A DNA stretch of 61,999 bases, counting the filler, from Gonapodya sp. JEL0774 (lineage: Eukaryota), in NCBI GenBank assembly GCA_027604505.1. It is 8 parts of 8 records of this genome, joined end to end, with 100 filler letters (N's around TTAATTAATTAA, not from the genome) between each part and the next. Parts side by side here need not be neighbours in the genome. Positions count along the whole stretch, not along the records: positions 7,963 to 15,650 come from JADIIX010000487.1; positions 15,751 to 23,412 come from JADIIX010000488.1; positions 23,513 to 31,172 come from JADIIX010000489.1; 5 more parts are not named here. One strand, 5' to 3'. The notes under the pieces were generated by a model, which was given only the letters and a program-made list of their open reading frames with translations, did no database searches and had not been told where the DNA came from. The position numbers and the translations under genes were made by a program. Shown here in pieces: positions 13,050 to 23,651 of the stretch; positions within the stretch are counted from its first letter, which is position 1; each line of letters opens with the position of its first letter.

Positions 13050-14645
13050 ATGCGGGGGAAGAAGCAGCAGAAGGAGGGCCGGCGCACTCGGGACGCGGAG
13101 CAAGAATCCACCGCAGAAGAACCAAGTCGCTCGAAAGCCGCCGAAAATCAGATCCTTTCGTGGCGTTCTCGCTCCCCCGCACGCCACCTACGTCCCTCCT
13201 GGGATGTCCTCGTGCCCACCGAAGTCCTCGCCCGAATCATCGCCTTCATCGGTTTCTCTCCCACCACCAAACAACCGTCTCTCCGCGCCGTCGCTCGTTG
13301 CTGGAGGGATAGCCACGACTGGGCTGTCTTGGACGGTGTTCGTAAAGCGTTTCTGACGAGAACGCTGTCGGGTCAGTTCGACGTGGGAAGGCTCGTACCA
13401 CTCGCGTGCCGTGCAGTGGGTCCCGTGCTGGGTTTGACGGAACGCGGATCAGAGACGCGAGCGAGGGCAAGAAAACGTAGAACCGTCGGAATAGCCGAAA
13501 TGTGGGACGATGACGCTCCAATATGGACGTCGGAGGTCTTTCTGAACTGGTTGACGTCCATGGCCCCTCGCGCCAATTTTTCTTCGGGGTTCCAGCTCCT
13601 TTATTCGTGGGAAGGTCCGTTTCAGGAACGAATGCCCTATAGTGCGAGCGTCAGGGTGCTTCTTTTGCTTGGAATTTTGGACTTGCCCTTGTACCGTGAT
13701 AACCTGGTGAAATGGATGAACACCTTAAACAGCAGGACGTGCTACGAAGTACCGATGCTCTCCGTTGTCTCGGGGTCCCGAAAGAGTCTCTCGGAGATTA
13801 TACGGAGATTTCCTCCGTTGGCGGGCTATCGAGATTTGGCATCAATGTATAAAATCCAACAGGAAGATGGGACTTTTGCACCTGGGGACTGGGAGGGCCT
13901 CGACGACTCGGGAATTTTGTCTCTTGCATATTCTACCTGGTATGAGGGAAAAGCCACTCCCTACCAGGACTCTCCGTTGTACTTGCTGGAACGAGATGGA
14001 AACTTTCACAGAATGATCCTTTCCCCAAAAGTAGCCCTCAGCGGAAAGGTGCTTACGCTCCGAACCTTGGGATTGGCCCTGGCTCCTTCCAAGGAAGCAT
14101 ACTTGTATCATCGTCACGAGTTCGAGCGCCACAACCCACCCAAATTTTACACTGGCGGCACACCCATTCTCGCTCTACCAGATTTTGCAAACATTGCTAT
14201 CGAATGTGCTCGCCTCAGCCCGGACTACGCACTGTACGCCCTGTTCCTCCATGCTGTGACCGACATTACGCCGTTCACCTCGAAGTCGTACGCTGAACAC
14301 TACACCCAGTTTGCTCGCCTCATTCAACTCACCCGCCGTGGTAGAACCTCTGATGATCTGGTTTTACATTCACTAGCAGTGCACACGTCTCTGTGGGTGA
14401 TGGAACAAGGCTCGACCGATGATGGAGTTGAACGGGGCTCAGACTTCATTCAGCACACAAATCTGCTCAGGGTAGTTGTTCCATTGGGCGGCGACTTCGT
14501 AACTGGTGGTCTTGATCCTTCCAGAGTGGATGAGAAGTTGCGGAAGCTACTTCAATTCTTGTTGGATCACACCAAAGACTGGAGAAAGGTACTGGTTCCC
14601 GCATTGACCGGTGCACGGAAACGTAAGAACACTCTCCAACACTGA
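13050..14645 (+). CDS. F-box-like protein (3' end uncertain)
   Basis: ORF of about 530 aa with N-terminal motif VPTEVLARIIAFI...LRAVARCWR; the remainder is not recognised. Confidence 0.65.
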   Translation: MRGKKQQKEGRRTRDAEQESTAEEPSRSKAAENQILSWRSRSPARHLRPSWDVLVPTEVLARIIAFIGFSPTTKQPSLRAVARCWRDSHDWAVLDGVRKAFLTRTLSGQFDVGRLVPLACRAVGPVLGLTERGSETRARARKRRTVGIAEMWDDDAPIWTSEVFLNWLTSMAPRANFSSGFQLLYSWEGPFQERMPYSASVRVLLLLGILDLPLYRDNLVKWMNTLNSRTCYEVPMLSVVSGSRKSLSEIIRRFPPLAGYRDLASMYKIQQEDGTFAPGDWEGLDDSGILSLAYSTWYEGKATPYQDSPLYLLERDGNFHRMILSPKVALSGKVLTLRTLGLALAPSKEAYLYHRHEFERHNPPKFYTGGTPILALPDFANIAIECARLSPDYALYALFLHAVTDITPFTSKSYAEHYTQFARLIQLTRRGRTSDDLVLHSLAVHTSLWVMEQGSTDDGVERGSDFIQHTNLLRVVVPLGGDFVTGGLDPSRVDEKLRKLLQFLLDHTKDWRKVLVPALTGARKRKNTLQH

Positions 14646-15261
14646 GTTGCTGCTTTTATGGACGGTTTGGCATTTGAAACGGTGATGGTTGTGGCTTACA
14701 TAATTGAGGACACGGTGGCAACCACTCTGAGACTTCATGAGGTGTCTAATGAAGCGTCTGACATTGGCACCTTAAGGTTTAGACTGTTGACGACACTTGG
14801 GAGTCATCTGAATAATGATCTTTGCAGTTTTCCAATAGATTACCACGACTCAAACGATTCCTGTGAACTTTCGATCTACGTCTCCTTTTTCTGACCGAAT
14901 CACCTCAACGTCATGAACGTTTTTACTCAACAGACGTTCCGCTACAATATCCAGGCGTAGTTCCGGTTAGCCCTGATGCATTTAACTGCCCGCGGCGTCT
15001 ATGGATGTATATTATGCCTTTCAAGACGGTCCAGAACTGCCTAAAGCATCTTTACTTGACACAGAGGCCCGATTAAATTTCTTGAAAGGATCTTAGACCA
15101 TTTTACGACGGCTCGATAGTGTTTGGCGTGAAGCAGCAGACAACGATCGATCGAAGACCACGCGATCGGCAAATCCTACTAACGCCGAGTAACAACCCAT
15201 TAATCTGTCCCGCTCCTTGACTCAAATATCTTTAGACGGAAACCGAAGGAAGACCAAGAGG

Positions 15262-15650
15262 ATGTCACTGCAACTTCTCACCACAGACTTCGAGAAGATT
15301 GATGTCAATGGTCGAACGGTGATCATCACCGGCGCCAACTCCGGTGTTGGCCTTGTGAGTGAAAACAAATCGGTTGCTTTGATTCATTTTTTTTCCTCAT
15401 TCAATCTAATCGGTTGCGAAAGTATACCGCTGCGAACCTAGTCAAAATGGGCGCCAACGTCATCCTCGCATGTCGAAGCGTGGAGAAGGCCAATGCCGCC
15501 AAGCACGAGGTTTGCACACTTGATCAAAATCCCATATTTCGTGCTCCAGCGTTGTTGATCGCCACTTCAACGCAGATTGTCAACACCATTCCCGGTTCGG
15601 AGGCTCGTGTGAGCGTCCGCGAGCTTGACTTGACGGATTTCTCTTCAGTC
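15262..15650 (+). CDS. Short-chain dehydrogenase/reductase (retinol-dehydrogenase-like), 5' partial
   Basis: IITGANSGVG Rossmann motif, VILACRSVEKA, ELDLTDFSSV; two introns; cut by the linker. Confidence 0.9.
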
Positions 15651-15750
15651 NNNNNNNNNNNNNNNNNNNNNNNNNNNNNNNNNNNNNNNNNNNNTTAATT
15701 AATTAANNNNNNNNNNNNNNNNNNNNNNNNNNNNNNNNNNNNNNNNNNNN

Positions 15751-16081
15751 CCAATGGAGTTGGTCTCCAAAGATTGTGCCGGTGCATAATCCAAGTGATC
15801 CAGTCGCTTACGCTGCGACTTCTAACATATACATCGAAGTTGCTCTTCCGCATGACGGTGGCGGTGCCTCCTTTCGGCTCCTTGACTTGCTCGCCAAAAT
15901 GCTTTCCATCGACCAAATACTACCCTGCGTAAACTACATCCTATCAAAATACGTCCCTCCAGCACGATTTATCGATAGAATCAGTCTTAACCTCGGTCTT
16001 CGCAGACCAATCACCATGAAAACTGTCGAAATTGCCATCAACCATGCTCTCTTCGCTGAAAAGTCTCACAAAACCTTGTGA
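15751..16081 (+). CDS. 3' end of an unidentified protein
   Basis: Open frame of about 100 codons near the contig start with protein-like composition; no motif recognised. Confidence 0.35.
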
Positions 16082-16450
16082 CCACTTGGTATCCATACAA
16101 AGAGGGCGGAGGTGTCAGGCGGTGCTAGGTATCTTTCTTTCGGCATTTGAAGTTCACAGTGTAACTATGCGAGTTGTTATGGTAAAGTTTTTCTGAAATT
16201 GCCATTTAAGTAAGGACGCTGATGATGTGCGTTTAGGTGGAGTAATCGGCGAGTATGAACGTGGGGAGTAGGTTGGCGAAAGGAAGGGGGGATTGAGAGG
16301 AGGCATACACCTGCTTGTAGTGATTTCAGAATAATACAGACATGTTACGTTTGTGACATAAGCAGGTGCATCTCGGCTGATTGATTATCTTTGATCGCGC
16401 TTGGTGGCTGCCTCGCACAGCAACATGCAACTACCTAAACATCATCATCA

Positions 16451-19018
16451 ATGTCCAAGGGAGATGAAGAGAAGCAAGACCAAGACTCTCGCAGCAAGCT
16501 AAGAGGCGTGCCACTCCGATTCGCAATCGTTGCCCTTGTCGTCATCAAGTGGGTATTCTGACACCCTCATCTCGAACGCGTGATTCTCATGCAGACTCAC
16601 ACAACGGTGAAATGCCTGAATGGACCAAATATAGCGTTGCATCAGCTGCCATTGCTCTGTCGACGGTCTCATTTACCTCTGCTGCTCGCTCAAATGAAGA
16701 CTCAATCACGCAGGGTAATGTAGCCCAAGCTGCTCACACTATCACCAACCATCATGTAATTATCACCTATTTCGCTTCATGCAGGTACTGCAAGCATCAT
16801 GAAACTTGCAAGTGCGAGGCAGGCGGATGCAGCGAGTAAAGTGTCGACTGACTTTGGTGAGGGTTTCGGTCGACGGACATGTATCTGGCAAACCTTTCGG
16901 ATATGGCTTTGGAGAGAAATCACTGAATGTTTTCAAATAGGATACTACCTTGGCATGGTTGAGTCTCTCGTGAATATTTCCATGAGTCCCATTCAGCAAG
17001 GGCTTTGTACCCTAGAAGATTTCGAGTGAGGGAATATTTCGGAACTCCACTCAATCCACATGCATTCAACCCCGGAATTCGAAAACTACTATTCGTACCA
17101 ATCAGTAAACTTGGACCGTACATAGCATCCGTGGTCCGTGGACTGAACGTCAATATTGGGTGGGTCTCGGTTGGTGACGCCAGCTCTTTCCCAATTTCTC
17201 AAATGGTGCTCAATTTGCACCTGATGGATGTTTTGAATTTCCTTTGGTTCAGCTTTATTATGGCGTTTAACAACGTCACGCAGAATGGAATTGCTGTTGG
17301 CCCGTTATACGAGAACGTGTCCAGCTCCTGTGCGTAGAGTGCAGACGTCAAAGCGAGATGAACGCGGTGTCTTACTCAAACCACCTTCTTGCACTCAACC
17401 TGAATTTCAGCTCCAACAAACTTTTTTGAGGGTCTTGTAGTAGCGAATCGCACGGCATCTCCCTGGAGCCCGGTCAACTCAACATACGGGTACTCGGCTA
17501 ATTATTGGATTAACCAGGATTACAAAGGCGTTTTTCACGTTGGAAACTTTATGGCAGCTGTGAGCATATTTTAATAAGCGGCTGTGATAAGAATTTCGCC
17601 TTTAACTAAACTTCTCTCATTGTCCATCGTAGGCTGACACCAGAAGCGTGAAGTATTGGGAGAGATGGTGGTATGTCAAGGCAGATCACGTCCCATACGG
17701 AACCCCGCAATCATTGCAATACTCGGACCCTTTCTTCAGCTTTCCCACTACTCAACAAGGTAGGGTAAATCGGACCAAAAGCGAAATACCGAGAAAGATC
17801 GGCATTCATGTCTGTCTCTCTTTTCAGTACTGGTTGGACAGTTTCTCTCATTTCCGATCTGGGACGTCAATAACAACTTTGTCGGTGCGGGGAATGTCAT
17901 GTTTTCCCCAAGGAAATTGGGGGCGATCATACAGAAAATCAAAGACTCCATGACACCCAACAGCATCGGTTATGTTTTTGCCCCAAACGGACAAATGCTT
18001 GGAATGAATGGGTTTGTTCCAACCAATTACATTATGGGAACGGGTGGAGAATCCCTGCTATATCAAGTCGGTACAAGCTGGGTTCTCAAAACCATCTGGG
18101 ACTTCAATCGGACAGCCTACCCGTTTGTAAACATCTCGGCGGCAAGAGTTTTGGCCTATTCAGGCGGTAATCTGGCAAATGATTTTGGCGACTCCCAGTT
18201 CTCCGAAGGGGGTTATATGTTCCAGGTTCGGAATTAAGGCTTCTTTGTCATTTGAAATCATTGCATAGATGCAATGAGCCGGGTTTCACCTTGGTTGACA
18301 GACAACCTCATACATGAGGCGTAACTATAAGTGGATCATTGTTAGTGGGGCTGTGCGTATTTGCTTTCCTCTGCAACACTGTTGCTCGTTTCACACTATG
18401 CTCTTCCCAGCCGCTCGAAGACTACCTTGCTGACACACTTATGCTTCAAGTCAGGCTTGCAGATAGCCTTTCCACAACCAACAGGAATATCATTGGAATT
18501 GGTAGGGTCCATTCAACAACTTTTCGTACCAATGTGTCGATTGTTGACTATCGCCATTTTGACCTCCCTTTCCAGCTGTCGGCATCTTCATTGTGATGTG
18601 TGTTACTAGCGCTTTGCTAGTTGAAGCTCTTATTTCAAAGCCGATGCATTTGATGCTCGAAGCAACGCAGAAAGGTAGTGTCCAGCAAGACTTGACCTAC
18701 ACTTTGATTGTGTTTGCGCTAAGTCTCGCCTTGCAACTCCAATTACAAAACCTTGCAGCTACCAAGTTTGATTTTAGTATGGTCCGAGAAGGCAATATGG
18801 ATGAGATGAGGTCGCTCATCTCAGAAGTCCAGCACCTGCGACAGAGGTTCATGGCGATGCTCCGTGTGTTTGCCGATGCACTCAAGCGTGAGTCTATCCC
18901 ATGGTGATACTGATTGGAGGTACTCATATTTGAAAATCATGTTTCAGAGAACAAAAGCCTCATAGCTGGTAGCAAACCTCCAGGTGTGTCTGTATTGGCC
19001 ACCAGCTCCGAGAAATAG
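16451..19018 (+). CDS. Multi-exon two-TM receptor-like protein with a large extracellular region and a C-terminal HAMP-like domain
   Basis: N-terminal TM (LRFAIVALVV...IASAAIALSTVSF), second hydrophobic segment near 18330-18630, then ISKPMHLMLEATQK/ATKFDFS...ISEVQHLRQRFMAML and a short tail ending ATSSEK*. Central exons not fully resolved. Confidence 0.6.
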
Positions 19019-19289
19019 AGGGCGATGAAGGACCAAACATGACATAGAAGATTTGTGTGAGGAAGCGTCTGGTTGAGCAGAACCCCATCATGAATGAAAT
19101 CAATTGCCCATGTGATGTGTCTTGTTCACCACTCACCGTTTGCATGGCACTGGCCAAGGTTGGCCTGCGTGTCTCCATGTCCAGCCTCCCTGTTCCACTT
19201 GACTGTCTCTCCAGAATTCTTCTCCACCCCCTACTCGCCAGGTACCACCATTTGAGGTTAGGCCACAAAAAGAATTGATTGGTTTTGCA

Positions 19290-19501
19290 TTTTTGTCAAA
19301 TTTTTCCCGTGAAGTGTCCTCTGAAGTTTCCCCAGCTGTTGGCGCAAAAGACAACGTTTTCTGGGACTCAGGCCCAAGCTACCACATGTCGGCGGCATCA
19401 CACGTCCTGGACAACTTTGAGAGCATTGTGCCATGCTCCAACAAGCTATATCTGGCCAGCGACAAGACTTTGACGGTGCATGGGGTTGGTACTGTTAATG
19501 C
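19290..19501 (+). mobile_element. Ty1/copia pol remnant (protease region), cut by a hAT end
   Basis: FWDSGPSYHMS...LDNFESIVP...LYLASDKTLTVHGVGTV; similar to the remnant at 51600-52030. Confidence 0.75.
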
Positions 19502-19670
19502 CATGAGCAAGCGAGTGAAAACTCGCCACTCAGCGAGTTGAACTCGGCAAGTTGCGAGCAAGTAGGGTCTTGAAATTTGTAAAACTCACTGAGTTAACTT
19601 GCCCATTTGGCCCCCCAGTCCCCATGGCCTCCACCACCAAATCAAGTGCCTCAGCACCATCAGCTAGAGC
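19502..19670 (+). mobile_element. Truncated 5' end of a sibling hAT element
   Basis: Aligns to the reverse complement of 22140-22300, including the 27-bp terminus CATGAGCAAGCGAGTGAAAACTCGCCA and the transposase start (MASTTKSSA vs MASTAELSA). Confidence 0.8.
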
Positions 19671-22300
19671 CATGAGCAAGCGAGTTACTTGCCACTCACT
19701 CGGTCGAAATTATTTTTAATCAACTTGTTACTCGCTTCCTCGGTTTTTGTTTTACTCGCGAGTTGAACTCGCTTCCTCGGTTTTTGTTTTACTCGCGAGT
19801 TGAACTCGCAAGTCACAAGCAAGTAGGCATGTCAAAATATACTGTGTCCCTGGAACCACACGAAAGAAGTACTTTATATCTCCTTACACGTTAGCCCCTT
19901 CCACTCCTTCTTCCACCTCTTCAATAGCATTAAGCTTCTAATCATTTCCGGTCCCAAAGATGGTCCCTTGCCATGCGCTGGAGTCCCAGAGGTCCTCCTG
20001 ACCCCTCAAGTATGCCAAGACGTCCACCTTCTTGGGGCGCCTTGCCTCCTCGAGGTACCTATCCACCTCCAAGACCATCTCCTTGTCTTCCTCGTCCCAG
20101 AAGCACTCAGTCTATGAACGTGCTGGTTCCACAACCGCTTTATCAGGCATCCCGTAGTACCTATTGAATGTGTCCCTGAAGATCCGTTCCTCGGCGTTGA
20201 TGTACTTCTGCTCCCAGTGCTTCTCCTGCATCCAAGCAAGCTTGTACGCTGGGTGGAGAACTGCGAGGGAAAACAATGGTAGTGCATATCGCGACTCACG
20301 AGGACCAGAATTATGGCGATCAAGCTCACCCAAGCACAACATGTATATCCGCGACTCATCCGTTTTTCCATAGTACTTCCTCAGAACGTCCATGATGGCG
20401 TCCCGAACCTTCTCCAAGACAGGATCGTCTGCAAAGTCCATGTCTTCCAGCTTGTCCATGAAGACGTTGAAGAGGGAGACAACATGAAAGAGTGTGGGGA
20501 ACTGCACACCCTCCATCCTAGCAAGAGCAAGTGCGAGTGGCTAGGAATGTAGTGGGGTTTAAAAGGTAGCTGGCACTGACGAGATAACGTGGTACTCACC
20601 TCGAGCAGGGCGGCAAAGCCATTCAAGATATCCCCACTCCTCCTCTGTGAGCTTGAGTTGCCGCAGTGCGTGCTCAGAAGCGAGAAGCTTCTTGAACTCT
20701 GTCCTGTCCTGAAGAATCCTGTGAATTGCGTCATAGTCGCTCTTCCACCGAGTCGACACGGGAGCGACCAGCTTGTGGGTTTTTGCTGGGACCAAAACCT
20801 GCTCCACGTAGAGGGCACAAAGCTGGGGAGAGCGCCGGACCTTGAATATGAGGGTGTAAACCTCCACTATTGGGTTAGAATCGGGAGGGAACTCGGCCAA
20901 TGCGGGAGGCCACTCACCTTCTTCACCGCACCCCTGTCCCCAATGTCCTCCTTGTTGTCCTTGCTGACCTCCTGGAGCTTCAGCGCATCCATTCCTGCAC
21001 AAGCTGCCAGGTGGAGAATGTGCACAAAGCAGCCCAACCTGGACTCCACAAAATCAAAGTCCTCCGGAATGTCAGGCTCTGCAGCGAGCAAGCGCATCAT
21101 GGTGATGTTTTTGGTGGCATTGTCCATTGTGACAGCAAGGACCTGGAAGAGAATCGGCAAGTCTAGAATCAAATCCGTGTTGAGAAGCCTGGCAGCTCAC
21201 CTTTCCCGCAACTCCACGCGCCTGCAATACTGCCATTACATACGCCGCAATATTAACACCTGTGTGCTGTCCCTTAACGCAAACAAAGTCCAGTAGGATG
21301 TGTTTTGTTGTCCAATCAACCCACCCAATCCAGTGTCCAGTCACAGCAGCGAAGCTGTAACATCTGTCCCGGGAAGTCCACATGTCTGTTGTAATGCTGA
21401 GGCAGGAACAATCGCTCTTTGTAGAGAACAGTAAGAGCAGCAGTGGCAACGTGTGCTTCAAATAGAGACCAAAACCAACCTCGAGCAATCCGTTCACGAT
21501 GACCTCCAGTCTGGCAACCTCGTTCCCTGCATCCGCAGACATCATGTCCGGCAAAAGTTGTGGCAGGTCCAGTTGAACGACTCGCAGCATCCTCATGAAC
21601 CAATTGTTCGAAGGTTCCGAAAGCGGCTGATCCGACACAGCGATCCAATCCAGTGTTGCCTCACAAAAGAGGGCCATATCAATGACCTGTAGGGCATGCT
21701 TAAAGGGGCGAGACATTCAGAAATGGCTTAGAAAGTGAACGACTCACAGGGTCTTCCCACTTTCTCTTCGTCATGTCGAACAGCGTCTGCTTGTCTGCTC
21801 CCGGATTCTTCTTCTCCGCCTGCTTCTTCAGCGTCTCTGGATCCTTGATAGTATCCTGGTGGAACACATTGGTGTGCTTAATTAGAGTCGTAGTCGCATT
21901 GTTTCCGGTCATATTGTAGCTATCCATTCGACAGCAAATCCAAGCTGAACGCAACTGGAAGGAGCCGAATAGAACTCACATGGCCCCCTTGCACCTGTTT
22001 TGACCAACTTGCAGGCATACTGCCCAAGTCTGCGATCCCATTTCCTGTTTCTCAAAATGTTTGTCCTTGAAGAACCATGGCTCCTTCCTCTTGCTCGAAA
22101 CTTTGCTAACCCTGGTCACCCACGCCTTGACAGGTGTAGCTGACAGCGTCAAGGCACTTAATTCGGCAGTGGAGGCCATGGGGACTGGGGAGGCCGAATA
22201 GAGACAAACTTGGGCAAGTTAACTCGTGAGTTCAACAAATTTCGACTCGCTACTCCCTCACAACTCGCCGAGTTGGCGAGTTTTCACTCGCTTGCTCATG
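19671..22300 (-). mobile_element. hAT-superfamily DNA transposon with a defective, intron-containing transposase (about 22179 to 19890)
   Basis: TIR CATGAGCAAGCGAGT at both ends; BED-like finger, SITTDMWTS, VTMDNA, CFVHILHL (CxxH), STRWKS. Stop at 20112 and a deleted C-terminal segment. No 8-bp TSD seen. Confidence 0.9.
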
Positions 22301-23134
22301 TAATTCTTTGGCTCCAGATATCCCTCCCTCCGGTCCGGAGAGGCCACAGTTGCAGAGAATATGTCGGTAAAATTTCGATGCACTACTTTATTGTGGTGAT
22401 CGGATTGAAAAGAAGGCCTCTCTGGTCCGGAGAGGGAAAGTTTTCACCCTTCCGAGATATTAGTGGGTTTCAAAGTTTGTTGTCGTGGGTAAAAATGGAA
22501 TCGGTCGGAGTTGGAGGTTCGTGGATTCAAACCCAGACTGAACAGTGCGAGGTCCTGGTCACGTGGGACCAGAGGTTTTGGCATCCCAAAAAATCTCATT
22601 TTCATATCTGAGTTTACATTTAGCTCCGCGTTCAAATTGGGGTAGTGAAAGCGCAACATCTTAGTTGCAGACGTGATGAATCATGTGGTCTTAGGACACT
22701 GGGGAACAGTGATGTCATATAAATGACTATGCTTTCTACGAAGAACATCAAATACCAGAAAAAGAAAGTGAAGAAAAACGTGACGGAAAGGACAAAGGAT
22801 AGAAGTATAAACATCTACACCATTTCTCTTTCACTTGGGAAACGTCCTGAGGGAATCGCCACGAGCTACGCGCGCTCGTTGAAAGTGATTATGTGTTCTT
22901 TGTCTAAACTTCTTTTGCGCCTAAAAATTCGAACGCCCAGAAGGGCAAACAAGTGTATTCGTCGTCGTGGTACTAGTTCTACTAGGGGTGTGTGAATGTG
23001 AATCGATTGTGTGACCCCGTCCAAACTGTCCCAACACACTCCCCATATACAGTAAAACGTTTTTTGTGAGTGGGGAAGTACAGTTACCCCTGCGAAAAGG
23101 GGGCGTTTTGGTACCAAAGTCGGTATACGGTCCA

Positions 23135-23385
23135 AAACTTTGAATTTGTAACTAGACACTTTAAACAGTGATAATTTCCCATTCTCTTGCTCAAACCATC
23201 ACATTATATATGAATGTTGATGCTAGAGGTGTTAGGAGTGTTGAAATATGCTCACATTGTTGCTAATTGTGATCAGTGGTGGTGTTGAGTGCCAGGTACT
23301 TTGGATTTGTAACTCCACACATTCTACATAAAAATATCCCTATTTTCTCGTCAAAACCAACACACTATATACTGGGTTTGATATT
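23135..23385. repeat. Two diverged direct repeats about 160 bp apart, probably subterminal DNA of another element
   Basis: 'actttgaatttgtaactagacac...aaaccatcacattatatat' vs 'actttggatttgtaactccacac...aaaccaacacactatatac'. Confidence 0.45.
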
Positions 23386-23512
23386 TCATTGCATGGGATT
23401 GGGTTAGCATGANNNNNNNNNNNNNNNNNNNNNNNNNNNNNNNNNNNNNNNNNNNNTTAATTAATTAANNNNNNNNNNNNNNNNNNNNNNNNNNNNNNNN
23501 NNNNNNNNNNNN

Positions 23513-23651
23513 AAAAGGCGAAGACTGGCTGTGGTGACCAGTCCCAATGTTGCTGTGTGGGGCCAATCTTCATCTCTGGGGCTTGTGCAGAAAGGCAAAG
23601 ACCGGCTGTGGTGTTCATAATAACCAGGTGGATAGTTGTACATGTGATACT
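23513..23651. repeat. Satellite unit left of the Harbinger insertion
   Basis: Matches 26765-26900 (aagactggctgtggtgaccagtcccaatgttg...gttgtacatg). Confidence 0.85.

Noticed and set aside
14643..14894. Same-frame ORF continuing past the F-box gene's TGA (possible readthrough or recoding)
   Set aside because: A GTAAGA donor near 14623 or chance explains it, and TGA serves as a normal stop in other genes here, so there is no support for a variant code.
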